Assembly (NCBI GenBank): GCA_037379345.1
Contig: CM074521.1
Coordinates: forward strand, 25,692,704-25,756,703
DNA length: 64,000 nt
Origin: Perna viridis
Taxonomy: Eukaryota
Reading direction: 5' to 3'
The position numbers and the translations under genes were made by a program. The notes under the pieces are model-generated. The model had not been told where the DNA came from and did not search any database. It saw only the letters and a list, made by a program, of their open reading frames with translations. Of the stretch, positions 54,301-63,740 are shown in pieces (positions within the stretch are counted from its first letter, which is position 1; each line of letters begins with the position of its first letter).

Positions 54301-57300
54301 GACTTGTATATTTTTTTGTTTTTAGCTGATATTATATATCAGTAGGTTATGTTTTGTTTGTTAATTGGAATCTTTATTAATTTTAAATCGAAATAGATCA
54401 GATTGATTAAGTCATTTTTCCCTAACAGTTACAACTGCCACTACAACTGTTCCACCAACTACATCGACTCCACCAGCTTCAACCCCTGAAACTTGTGAGG
54501 AGGTTGACAACATGGGACCATTATCAGAAAACATTAAAGAGGTGACAAAGAATGGTAATCCATTGAGTGAAGATGATAAGAACAAATTACAGCCTGGTGA
54601 TGATAAGAAGTTAACTGTATCTAAGACTGACACTTTGTCGATTGTTATGGAAACACAAGAAGAAGTTGATAAAATTGAAGTACTAGAAACAACCAATGTA
54701 AAGGAAGTAAACGTTATCCTGAAGGACGAAGATGGAACAACAGTTCTTGTAAGTATCAATAAATGTATTCATACTCTCGAAATTAATTATGTTTTTAATT
54801 TCATTTTTTTTTCATTTCTTTATTTCATGCATTATAACCAATCTTCAGTATAATTGCAAAATGCACACACTTTTATGATATTAGTTTCTATGTTACCGTG
54901 TTGGACTTTTTATCTTTTGTCGTAAAAAAAGGTTCACATTTCCAATGGAAAATGTTTAGATGTAACATGCATTAACTGTCCCAAGCAGCATTGGCGATTT
55001 TCAAAATAAACAAGAGCTTTCATTCTTAATAATGGAATTTAAAATATTAAATCTTTTTGCCTTGTAGGATGAGACCATTTCACCAGAGGAAATTGTAAAT
55101 GTTCCAAATAAGGTAGCTGGAAGTATCACTTTCACATTTGTACCAACAGACCCAAATGAAGATATGGAAGTAGGATCCATTTCTGCTGAAGTTTGTGTTA
55201 AACCAGGTAAATGTTGTGATTAGATTTAAAGATATATTTAGAACACGTAAGATCTTTAATTCTGGTTCTTGTGTGATGTAATAGTCGAGCAAACATGATA
55301 ATAGAGTAATTTGTGTGAAATGTCCTTGAATTGATAAACATTTGGATCTGTGGTATATTGAGAGAAATGTTAGATTAGGACTAGGCATTTTTATGGGAAA
55401 TGAGGATCAAGAAAGATTTGAATTTGTAAATTGATTTTTTTAAGATTCGTTTAAATTCTAATTTATATTTAACTTAATCAAAACAAGAAGTGTAAAGTTT
55501 TGTTATAAGTGATGAAATGTTTTGGTTGATAATATTATATTATCATCTAAATCTTACTTATTTTTGGAGTTGAGAAAAAAAACTATTTGTGAAATTTTAA
55601 TTTTCAAAGGGAATCAGCCATATGACTATTGTTGAAACGGAAAATTTACACAATTTCACTGATGCTTTCCTTCCCTTAATTCAGTATCTCCCGAAATATT
55701 GGACTACAAACAACCTTATTGTATTTAATTGTTTCATATGGAAACACAGAAACACACACAACGTCAAAAAAAGAGAATTAAACACATTAGTTGAGCAGAT
55801 GACTTGTATATTTTTTTGTTTTTAGCTGATATTATATATCAGTAGGTTATGTTTTGTTTGTTAATTGGAATCTTTATTAATTTTAAATCGAAATAGATCA
55901 GATTGATTAAGTCATTTTTCCCTAACAGTTACAACTGCCACTACAACTGTTCCACCAACTACATCGACTCCACCAGCTTCAACCCCTGAAACTTGTGAGG
56001 AGGTTGACAACATGGGACCATTATCAGAAAACATTAAAGAGGTGACAAAGAATGGTAATCCATTGAGTGAAGATGATAAGAACAAATTACAGCCTGGTGA
56101 TGATAAGAAGTTAACTGTATCTAAGACTGACACTTTGTCGATTGTTATGGAAACACAAGAAGAAGTTGATAAAATTGAAGTACTAGAAACAACCAATGTA
56201 AAGGAAGTAAACGTTATCCTGAAGGACGAAGATGGAACAACAGTTCTTGTAAGTATCAATAAATGTATTCATACTCTCGAAATTAATTATGTTTTTAATT
56301 TCATTTTTTTTTCATTTCTTTATTTCATGCATTATAACCAATCTTCAGTATAATTGCAAAATGCACACACTTTTATGATATTAGTTTCTATGTTACCGTG
56401 TTGGACTTTTTATCTTTTGTCGTAAAAAAAGGTTCACATTTCCAATGGAAAATGTTTAGATGTAACATGCATTAACTGTCCCAAGCAGCATTGGCGATTT
56501 TCAAAATAAACAAGAGCTTTCATTCTTAATAATGGAATTTAAAATATTAAATCTTTTTGCCTTGTAGGATGAGACCATTTCACCAGAGGAAATTGTAAAT
56601 GTTCCAAATAAGGTAGCTGGAAGTATCACTTTCACATTTGTACCAACAGACCCAAATGAAGATATGGAAGTAGGATCCATTTCTGCTGAAGTTTGTGTTA
56701 AACCAGGTAAATGTTGTGATTAGATTTAAAGATATATTTAGAACACGTAAGATCTTTAATTCTGGTTCTTGTGTGATATAATTATCGAGCAAACATGATA
56801 ATAGAGTAATTTGTGTGAAATGTCCTTGAATTGATAAACATTTGGATCTGTGGTATATTGAGAGAAATGTTAGATTAGGACTAGGCATTTTTATGGGAAA
56901 TGAGGATCAAGAAAGATTTGAATTTGTAAATTGATTTTTTAAGATTCGTTTAAATTCTAACTTATATTTAACTTAATCAAAACAAGAAATGTAAAGTTTT
57001 GTTATAAGTGATGAAATGTTTTGGTTGATAATATTATATTATCATCTAAATCTTACTTATTTTTGGAGTTGAGAAAAAAACTATTTGTGAAATTTTAATT
57101 TTCAAAGGGAATCAGCCATATGACTATTGTTGAAACGGAAAATTTACACAATTTCACTGATGCTTTCCTTCCCTTAATTCAGTATCTCCCGAAATATTGG
57201 ACTACGAACAACCTTATTGTATTTAATTGTTTCATATGGAAACACAGAAACACACACAACGTCAAAAAAAGAGAATTAAACACATTAGTTGAGCAGATGA

Positions 57301-60300
57301 CTTGTATATTTTTTTGTTTTTAGCTGATATTATATATCAGTAGGTTATGTTTTGTTTGTTAATTGGAATCTTTATTAATTTTAAATCGAAATAGATCAGA
57401 TTGATTAAGTCATTTTTCCCTAACAGTTACAACTGCCACTACAACTGTTCCACCAACTACATCGACTCCACCAGCTTCAACCCCTGAAACTTGTGAGGAG
57501 GTTGACAACATGGGACCATTATCAGAAAACATTAAAGAGGTGACAAAGAATGGTAATCCATTGAGTGAAGATGATAAGAACAAATTACAGCCTGGTGATG
57601 ATAAGAAGTTAACTGTATCTAAGACTGACACTTTGTCGATTGTTATGGAAACACAAGAAGAAGTTGATAAAATTGAAGTACTAGAAACAACCAATGTAAA
57701 GGAAGTAAACGTTATCCTGAAGGACGAAGATGGAACAACAGTTCTTGTAAGTATCAATAAATGTATTCATACTCTCGAAATTAATTATGTTTTTAATTTC
57801 ATTTTTTTTTCATTTCTTTATTTCATGCATTATAACCAATCTTCAGTATAATTGCAAAATGCACACACTTTTATGATATTAGTTTCTATGTTACCGTGTT
57901 GGACTTTTTATCTTTTGTCGTAAAAAAAGGTTCACATTTCCAATGGAAAATGTTTAGATGTAACATGCATTAACTGTCCCAAGCAGCATTGGCGATTTTC
58001 AAAATAAACAAGAGCTTTCATTCTTAATAATCGAATTTAAAATATTAAATCTTTTTGCCTTGTAGGATGAGACCATTTCACCAGAGGAAATTGTAAATGT
58101 TCCAAATAAGGTAGCTGGAAGTATCACTTTCACATTTGTACCAACAGACCCAAATGAAGATATGGAAGTAGGATCCATTTCTGCTGAAGTTTGTGTTAAA
58201 CCAGGTAAATGTTGTGATTAGATTTAAAGATATATTTAGAACACGTAAGATCTTTAATTCTGGTTCTTGTGTGATATAATTGTCGAGCAAACATGATAAT
58301 AGAGTAATTTGTGTGAAATGTCCTTGAATTGATAAACATTTGGATCTGTGGTATATTGAGAGAAATGTTAGATTAGGACTAGGCATTTTTATGGGAAATG
58401 AGGATCAAGAAAGATTTGAATTTGTAAATTGATTTTTTAAGATTCGTTTAAATTCTAACTTATATTTAACTTAATCAAAACAAGAAGTGTAAAGTTTTGT
58501 TATAAGTGATGAAATGTTTTGGTTGATAATATTATATTATCATCTAAATCTTACTTATTTTTGGAGTTGAGAAAAAAACTATTTGTGAAATTTTAATTTT
58601 CAAAGGGAATCAGCCATATGACTATTGTTGAAACGGAAAATTTACACAATTTCACTGATGCTTTCCTTCCCTTAATTCAGTATCTCCCGAAATATTGGAC
58701 TACAAACAACCTTATTGTATTTAATTGTTTCATATGGAAACACAGAAACACACACAACGTCAAAAAAAGAGAATTAAACACATTAGTTGAGCAGATGACT
58801 TGTATATTTTTTTGTTTTTAGCTGATATTATATATCAGTAGGTTATGTTTTGTTTGTTAATTGGAATCTTTATTAATTTTAAATCGAAATAGATCAGATT
58901 GATTAAGTCATTTTTCCCTAACAGTTACAACTGCCACTACAACTGTTCCACCAACTACATCGACTCCACCAGTTTCAACCCCTGAAACTTGTGAGGAGGT
59001 TGACAACATGGGACCATTATCAGAAAACATTAAAGAGGTGACAAAGAATGGTAATCCATTGAGTGAAGATGATAAGAACAAATTACAGCCTGGTGATGAT
59101 AAGAAGTTAACTGTATCTAAGACTGACACTTTGTCGATTGTTATGGAAACACAAGAAGAAGTTGATAAAATTGAAGTACTAGAAACAACCAATGTAAAGG
59201 AAGTAAACGTTATCCTGAAGGACGATGATGGAACAACAGTTCTTGTAAGTATCAATAAATGTATTCATACTCTCGAAATTAATTATGTTTTTAATTTCAT
59301 TTTTTTTTCATTTCTTTATTTCATGCATTATAACCAATCTTCAGTATAATTGCAAAATGCACACACTTTTATGATATTAGTTTCTATGTTACCGTGTTGG
59401 ACTTTTTATCTTTTGTCGTAAAAAAAGGTTCACATTTCCAATGGAAAATGTTTAGATGTAACATGCATTAACTGTCCCAAGCAGCATTGGCGATTTTCAA
59501 AATAAACAAGAGCTTTCATTCTTAATAATCGAATTTAAAATATTAAATCTTTTTGCCTTGTAGGATGAGACCATTTCACCAGAGGAAATTGTAAATGTTC
59601 CAAATAAGGTAGCTGGAAGTATCACTTTCACATTTGTACCAACAGACCCAAATGAAGATATGGAAGTAGGATCCATTTCTGCTGAAGTTTGTGTTAAACC
59701 AGGTAAATGTTGTGATTAGATTTAAAGATATATTTAGAACACGTAAGATCTTTAATTCTGGTTCTTGTGTGATGTAATAGTCGAGCAAACATGATAATAG
59801 AGTAATTTGTGTGAAATGTCCTTGAATTGATAAACATTTGGATCTGTGGTATATTGAGAGAAATGTTAGATTAGGACTAGGCATTTTTATGGGAAATGAG
59901 GATCAAGAAAGATTTGAATTTGTAAATTGATTTTTTTAAGATTCGTTTAAATTCTAACTTATATTTAACTTAATCAAAACAAGAAGTGTAAAGTTTTGTT
60001 ATAAGTGATGAAATGTTTTGGTTGATAATATTATATCATCATCTAAATCTTACTTATTTTTGGAGTTGAGAAAAAAACTATTTGTGAAATTTTAATTTTC
60101 AAAGGGAATCAGCCATATGACTATTGTTGAAACGGAAAATTTACACAATTTCACTGATGCTTTCCTTCCCTTAATTCAGTATCTCCCGAAATATTGGACT
60201 ACAAACAACCTTATTGTATTTAATTGTTTCATATGGAAACACAGAAACACACACAACGTCAAAAAAAGAGAATTAAACACATTAGTTGAGCAGATGACTT

Positions 60301-63300
60301 GTATATTTTTTTGTTTTTAGCTGATATTATATATCAGTAGGTTATGTTTTGTTTGTTAATTGGAATCTTTATTAATTTTAAATCGAAATAGATCAGATTG
60401 ATTAAGTCATTTTTCCCTAACAGTTACAACTGCCACTACAACTGTTCCACCAACTACATCGACTCCACCAGCTTCAACCCCTGAAACTTGTGAGGAGGTT
60501 GACAACATGGGACCATTATCAGAAAACATTAAAGAGGTGACAAAGAATGGTAATCCATTGAGTGAAGATGATAAGAACAAATTACAGCCTGGTGATGATA
60601 AGAAGTTAACTGTATCTAAGACTGACACTTTGTCGATTGTTATGGAAACACAAGAAGAAGTTGATAAAATTGAAGTACTAGAAACAACCAATGTAAAGGA
60701 AGTAAACGTTATCCTGAAGGACGAAGATGGAACAACAGTTCTTGTAAGTATCAATAAATGTATTCATACTCTCGAAATTAATTATGTTTTTAATTTCATT
60801 TTTTTTTCATTTCTTTATTTCATGCATTATAACCAATCTTCAGTATAATTGCAAAATGCACACACTTTTATGATATTAGTTTCTATGTTACCGTGTTGGA
60901 CTTTTTATCTTTTGTCGTAAAAAAAGGTTCACATTTCCAATGGAAAATGTTTAGATGTAACATGCATTAACTGTCCCAAGCAGCATTGGCGATTTTCAAA
61001 ATAAACAAGAGCTTTCATTCTTAATAATCGAATTTAAAATATTAAATCTTTTTGCCTTGTAGGATGAGACCATTTCACCAGAGGAAATTGTAAATGTTCC
61101 AAATAAGGTAGCTGGAAGTATCACTTTCACATTTGTACCAACAGACCCAAATGAAGATATGGAAGTAGGATCCATTTCTGCTGAAGTTTGTGTTAAACCA
61201 GGTAAATGTTGTGATTAGATTTAAAGATATATTTAGAACACGTAAGATCTTTAATTCTGGTTCTTGTGTGATGTAATAGTCGAGCAAACATGATAATAGA
61301 GTAATTTGTGTGAAATGTCCTTGAATTGATAAACATTTGGATCTGTGGTATATTGAGAGAAATGTTAGATTAGGACTAGGCATTTTTATGGGAAATGAGG
61401 ATCAAGAAAGATTTGAATTTGTAAATTGATTTTTTTAAGATTCGTTTAAATTCTAACTTATATTTAACTTAATCAAAACAAGAAGTGTAAAGTTTTGTTA
61501 TAAGTGATGAAATGTTTTGGTTGATAATATTATATCATCATCTAAATCTTACTTATTTTTGGAGTTGAGAAAAAAACTATTTGTGAAATTTTAATTTTCA
61601 AAGGGAATCAGCCATATGACTATTGTTGAAACGGAAAATTTACACAATTTCACTGATGCTTTCCTTCCCTTAATTCAGTATCTCCCGAAATATTGGACTA
61701 CGAACAACCTTATTGTATTTAATTGTTTCATATGGAAACACAGAAACACACACAACGTCAAAAAAAGAGAATTAAACACATTAGTTGAGCAGATGACTTG
61801 TATATTTTTTTGTTTTTAGCTGATATTATATATCAGTAGGTTATGTTTTGTTTGTTAATTGGAATCTTTATTAATTTTAAATCGAAATAGATCAGATTGA
61901 TTAAGTCATTTTTCCCTAACAGTTACAACTGCCACTACAACTGTTCCACCAACTACATCGACTCCACCAGCTTCAACCCCTGAAACTTGTGAGGAGGTTG
62001 ACAACATGGGACCATTATCAGAAAACATTAAAGAGGTGACAAAGAATGGTAATCCATTGAGTGAAGATGATAAGAACAAATTACAGCCTGGTGATGATAA
62101 GAAGTTAACTGTATCTAAGACTGACACTTTGTCGATTGTTATGGAAACACAAGAAGAAGTTGATAAAATTGAAGTACTAGAAACAACCAATGTAAAGGAA
62201 GTAAACGTTATCCTGAAGGACGAAGATGGAACAACAGTTCTTGTAAGTATCAATAAATGTATTCATACTCTCGAAATTAATTATGTTTTTAATTTCATTT
62301 TTTTTTCATTTCTTTATTTCATGCATTATAACCAATCTTCAGTATAATTGCAAAATGCACACACTTTTATGATATTAGTTTCTATGTTACCGTGTTGGAC
62401 TTTTTATCTTTTGTCGTAAAAAAAGGTTCACATTTCCAATGGAAAATGTTTAGATGTAACATGCATTAACTGTCCCAAGCAGCATTGGCGATTTTCAAAA
62501 TAAACAAGAGCTTTCATTCTTAATAATCGAATTTAAAATATTAAATCTTTTTGCCTTGTAGGATGAGACCATTTCACCAGAGGAAATTGTAAATGTTCCA
62601 AATAAGGTAGCTGGAAGTATCACTTTCACATTTGTACCAACAGACCCAAATGAAGATATGGAAGTAGGATCCATTTCTGCTGAAGTTTGTGTTAAACCAG
62701 GTAAATGTTGTGATTAGATTTAAAGATATATTTAGAACACGTAAGATCTTTAATTCTGGTTCTTGTGTGATATAATTGTCGAGCAAACATGATAATAGAG
62801 TAATTTGTGTGAAATGTCCTTGAATTGATAAACATTTGGATCTGTGGTATATTGAGAGAAATGTTAGATTAGGACTAGGCATTTTTATGGGAAATGAGGA
62901 TCAAGAAAGATTTGAATTTGTAAATTGATTTTTTAAGATTCGTTTAAATTCTAACTTATATTTAACTTAATCAAAACAAGAAGTGTAAAGTTTTGTTATA
63001 AGTGATGAAATGTTTTGGTTGATAATATTATATTATCATCTAAATCTTACTTATTTTTGGAGTTGAGAAAAAAACTATTTGTGAAATTTTAATTTTCAAA
63101 GGGAATCAGCCATATGACTATTGTTGAAACGGAAAATTTACACAATTTCACTGATGCTTTCCTTCCCTTAATTCAGTATCTCCCGAAATATTGGACTACG
63201 AACAACCTTATTGTATTTAATTGTTTCATATGGAAACACAGAAACACACACAACGTCAAAAAAAGAGAATTAAACACATTAGTTGAGCAGATGACTTGTA

Positions 63301-63740
63301 TATTTTTTTGTTTTTAGCTGATATTATATATCAGTAGGTTATGTTTTGTTTGTTAATTGGAATCTTTATTAATTTTAAATCGAAATAGATCAGATTGATT
63401 AAGTCATTTTTCCCTAACAGTTACAACTGCCACTACAACTGTTCCACCAACTACATCGACTCCACCTGCTTCAACCCCTGAAACTTGTGAGGAGGTTGAC
63501 AACATGGGACCATTATCAGAAAACATTAAAGAGGTGACAAAGAATGGTAATCCATTGAGTGAAGATGATAAGAACAAATTACAGCCTGGTGATGATAAGA
63601 AGTTAACTGTATCTAAGACTGACACTTTGTCGATTGTTATGGAAACACAAGAAGAAGTTGATAAAATTGAAGTACTAGAAACAACCAATGTAAAGGAAGT
63701 AAACGTTATTCTGAAGGACGAAGATGGAACAACAGTTCTT
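218..63740 (+). CDS. Internal part (98 exons, ~6,037 aa, no start or stop in window) of a giant mucin-like extracellular protein: alternating Thr/Pro/Ser-rich linkers and two-Cys, discoidin(F5/8 type C)-like domains
   Basis: Hand-spliced GT..AG exons with consistent phases (domain exon 1: phase 1 to 0; domain exon 2: phase 0 to 1; linker exons: 1 to 1). The summed exon length of 18,111 nt is divisible by 3, and I saw no stop or frameshift in the exons, whereas introns carry indels. The product name is inferred from composition and motif pattern, not from a database search. Confidence 0.88.
686..784 (+). CDS. Exon A3 (99 nt), mucin-type linker VTTGVTTVPTETSQPVPTTKPTPEITTTRGTTA
   Basis: ctttcactag|TG...GCAG|gtatct; symmetric phase 1-1; Thr/Pro-rich. 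Confidence 0.9.
1306..1568 (+). CDS. Exon A1 (263 nt), N-terminal acidic part of domain A: GTTTEECEKVDIMDSISVD...YDEDGNPTDIE
   Basis: ttaccttaag|GT...ATTGAG|gtagtg; phase 1 to 0. The Met in the ORF track is internal, and the ORF tail (VVISQITF...) is intron read-through that varies between copies. Confidence 0.92.
1799..1937 (+). CDS. Exon A2 of the first complete unit (NIVT variant)
   Basis: cattttag|GAC...CCTG|gtaagt. Confidence 0.9.
2268..2366 (+). CDS. Exon A3 of the first complete unit
   Basis: tcactag|TG...GCAG|gtatct. Confidence 0.9.
10752..10850 (+). CDS. Extra linker exon A3' VTTGVTTMPSETSQAAPTSKPGPEITTPGGTTT (second copy 14551-14649)
   Basis: tcactag|TG...ACAG|gtgtgt; 99 nt; phase 1-1; follows linker exon 10198-10296 with no domain in between. 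Confidence 0.85.
11336..11550. mobile_element. Truncated dispersed repeat inserted just upstream of the A1 splice acceptor (duplicate at ~15134-15348)
   Basis: Absent from standard A units. 11358-11550 aligns by eye with 48060-48251 (ccggt.cacctggtc.atgctcc...tggagtccgagttgc.catttgcttttg...gattaccgctataac...gattactcttt). Confidence 0.8.
11564..12626 (+). CDS. Diverged A unit: exons 11564-11826, 12056-12194, 12528-12626 (duplicate 15362-15624, 15854-15992, 16325-16423)
   Basis: Same exon lengths and phases as a standard A unit, with substitutions (KNEDD, LNEN, IEDVIV, YNED, KPDET, QVTPK, DQVT). The introns are clearly more diverged than the exons. Confidence 0.88.
18418..31347 (+). repeat. 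Higher-order repeat of four A units (~6,334 bp), two copies plus the start of a third
   Basis: Diagnostic variants recur at 6,333-6,334 bp: synonymous CCA at units 18453/24787/31120; aaaattagt (DKISIV) at 20897/27231; cccccgaaaa at ~23131/~29465; a 1-nt intron deletion in units 20038/21622/23206 and 26372/27956/29540. Confidence 0.85.
32636..32734 (+). CDS. Terminal linker exon of array A: VTAGVTTVPTETSQAAPTSKPGPEITTPGGTTT
   Basis: ctttcactag|TG...ACAG|gtgtgt; 99 nt; follows linker exon 32047-32145. Confidence 0.85.
33116..33420 (+). CDS. Exon B1: linker + N-terminal part of the single-copy discoidin/F5/8C-like domain (NPCLSEEGMQNP...IKIGLGG...NVGTFKISLVKENG...YENGK)
   Basis: caattttag|TT...GGAAAG|gtttgt; 305 nt; phase 1 to 0. 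Confidence 0.87.
34009..34159. repeat. Intronic tandem duplication, ~72 bp identical core, period 79 bp
   Basis: catcagtaacctctgcatgatatagtcattcaatgaaaagtacagttatttgagtataacttaaaattcagt at 34009 and 34088. Confidence 0.92.
34428..34563 (+). CDS. Exon B2: VFSGKEALVFDENTFAKKLVVQILSKENPDSNYQLDVDLRACFKQ
   Basis: tttttacag|GTG...CAAG|gtactt; 136 nt; phase 0 to 1. Confidence 0.87.
34539..34742 (+). repeat. 4 x 51 bp degenerate tandem repeat straddling the exon B2 donor site
   Basis: Units begin gatttgagagcg (34539), gatttaagatcc (34590), gatttaagagcc (34641) and gatataagagcc (34692); each ends tttctgaa. Confidence 0.88.
35905..35982. repeat. A-rich simple repeat (AAAAC/AAAACC)n
   Basis: aaaaccaaacagaaaaccaaaaccaaaaacaaaacaaacataaaaataaaaacaaaacaaaacaaaaaa. 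Confidence 0.8.
37062..37163 (+). CDS. Linker exon VTSLTETTKPISTTQPGSTSTEEVTTVETTTQIP
   Basis: ttatttcacag|TT...CCAA|gtgtgt; 102 nt; phase 1-1; missing from the ORF track. Confidence 0.82.
37247..37677 (+). mobile_element. SINE-like element with a tRNA-like Pol III A/B box region, bounded by a 22-bp direct repeat
   Basis: A box TGGCCGAGTGG (37522-37532) and B box GAGTTCGAGTCC (37587-37598); gaatttttcagacctttctata at 37247-37268 and 37656-37677. Confidence 0.7.
37910..38030 (+). mobile_element. Degenerate fragment resembling the 5' end of bivalve Helentron-associated (HINE/DINE-1-like) non-autonomous elements
   Basis: tttttagctc..gtgagct...tcatcacttagcgtctgtcttcgttggtcgtgttaactttt: T-run start, short agctc/gagct inverted repeat, then a degenerate gtc-type microsatellite. 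Family assignment is from recall only. Confidence 0.45.
38459..43779 (+). CDS. Three type-C modules: exons 38459-38793 + 39169-39304; 40553-40890 + 41265-41400; 42656-42993 + 43644-43779
   Basis: cag|CA...AACACA|gtaaga (phase 1 to 0) and tttcag|GTATCA...A|gtaaga (136 nt, phase 0 to 1); TTEKC(A/T)KVEVMDPAEYG...VYTDENGKQNT / VSGEPFEQIELNFVSVKSLTVSLDRKDPNLNVKLDQISVVVCKKP. Confidence 0.9.
38512..43290 (+). repeat. Array C: ~2.1 kb exon-intron cassette, about 2.3-3 copies
   Basis: MDPAEYG ORFs at 40654 and 42757 (offset 2103) and the same sequence at ~38557; introns are homologous with scattered substitutions and indels. Confidence 0.92.
43291..43601. mobile_element. ~310 bp insertion specific to the third C cassette, beginning with a ~150 bp fold-back
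   Basis: Copies 1 and 2 read gtacgatttctacagtatt|gatgattg; here 311 bp intervene, with tatt on both sides. aattggcaatgataaaaattttg (43295-43317) is the exact reverse complement of 43419-43441, and imperfect pairing continues inward. Confidence 0.8.
44054..44821 (+). CDS. Module D (older paralog of C): exons 44054-44406 and 44686-44821
   Basis: ttacag|CA...AAGAAA|gtaaga; ttctag|ATT...CCAG|gtatgg; TTERCAKVEIMDPEEYG... / ISGEVSERIDMNFVTVKSLTIFIVRENPEEKVSLNQVSVVVCKKP. Confidence 0.88.
44890..45107. mobile_element. MITE (~210 bp) with ~32 bp terminal inverted repeats and TTAA target duplication, Kolobok-like termini
   Basis: TTAA|agaggtagacctagggtaagggacacaactctt ... aagagttatgtcccttacctaggtctacctcc|TTAA. 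Purine-purine...pyrimidine-pyrimidine ends with TTAA fit Kolobok rather than piggyBac. Confidence 0.85.
45460..45549 (+). CDS. Linker exon ATSSIATTTTTGVSATTVPTTGTPVITTEK
   Basis: tcattgtag|CA...GAAAAAT|gtaaga; 90 nt; phase 1-1. Confidence 0.8.
45755..46864 (+). CDS. Module E: exons 45755-46107 and 46729-46864
   Basis: cttgtag|CA...ATTACT|gtaagt; ttttag|GTT...CCAG|gtaaag; TTEKCSKVDIMDSQKFG... / VSGKPSEKIDLNFVSVQSLKISLVPVSAEVEVSVDKVSVIVCVKP. Confidence 0.88.
47302..48541 (+). CDS. Module F: exons 47302-47660 and 48403-48541
   Basis: cttccag|CA...AAAACA|gtatgt; ttttacag|ATC...CCTA|gtaagt; TTEPCAQANIMNEDEYG... / IKVNEPSKPVNLNGVKVEELTITFIAVDKSKDILVNKLSVSACVKP. Confidence 0.87.
48011..48251. mobile_element. 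Longer copy of the dispersed repeat also found at 11358-11550 and ~15156-15348
   Basis: atgagcaactcggccggtgtttctagaaaagcagaggacgcttaccctaccggtgcacctggtc...gattactcttt. It resembles, from recall, an abundant Mytilus short interspersed repeat; the family is not determined. Confidence 0.78.
48936..49013 (+). CDS. Linker exon ITTTAQPETSQAAPTTESGPAFTSTS
   Basis: tattttag|TT...AGTG|gtatgt; 78 nt; phase 1-1; shares ETSQAAPT..GP with the A3' linker exons. Confidence 0.8.
49931..50250 (+). CDS. Exon G1: VSTATTTVPPTTSTPPVSTPETCEEVDNMGPLSEN...ILKDEDGTTVL (repeats at 51430, 52929, 54429, 55929, 57427, 58925, 60424, 61923, 63421)
   Basis: ttttgcttag or cctaacag|TT...GTTCTT|gtaagt; 320 nt; phase 1 to 0. 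Confidence 0.92.
50571..50709 (+). CDS. Exon G2: DETISPEEIVNVPNKVAGSITFTFVPTDPNEDMEVGS(V/I)SAEVCVKP (repeats at 52069, 53568, 55068, 56568, 58066, 59564, 61063, 62562)
   Basis: gccttgtag|GAT...CCAG|gtaaat; 139 nt; phase 0 to 1. Confidence 0.92.

Noticed and set aside
218-63740. Assigning a gene symbol (MUC2, MUC5AC, SSPO, hemocytin)
   Set aside because: No VWD, TIL, TSP1, LDLa or cystine-knot domains are visible in this window, so orthology cannot be established.
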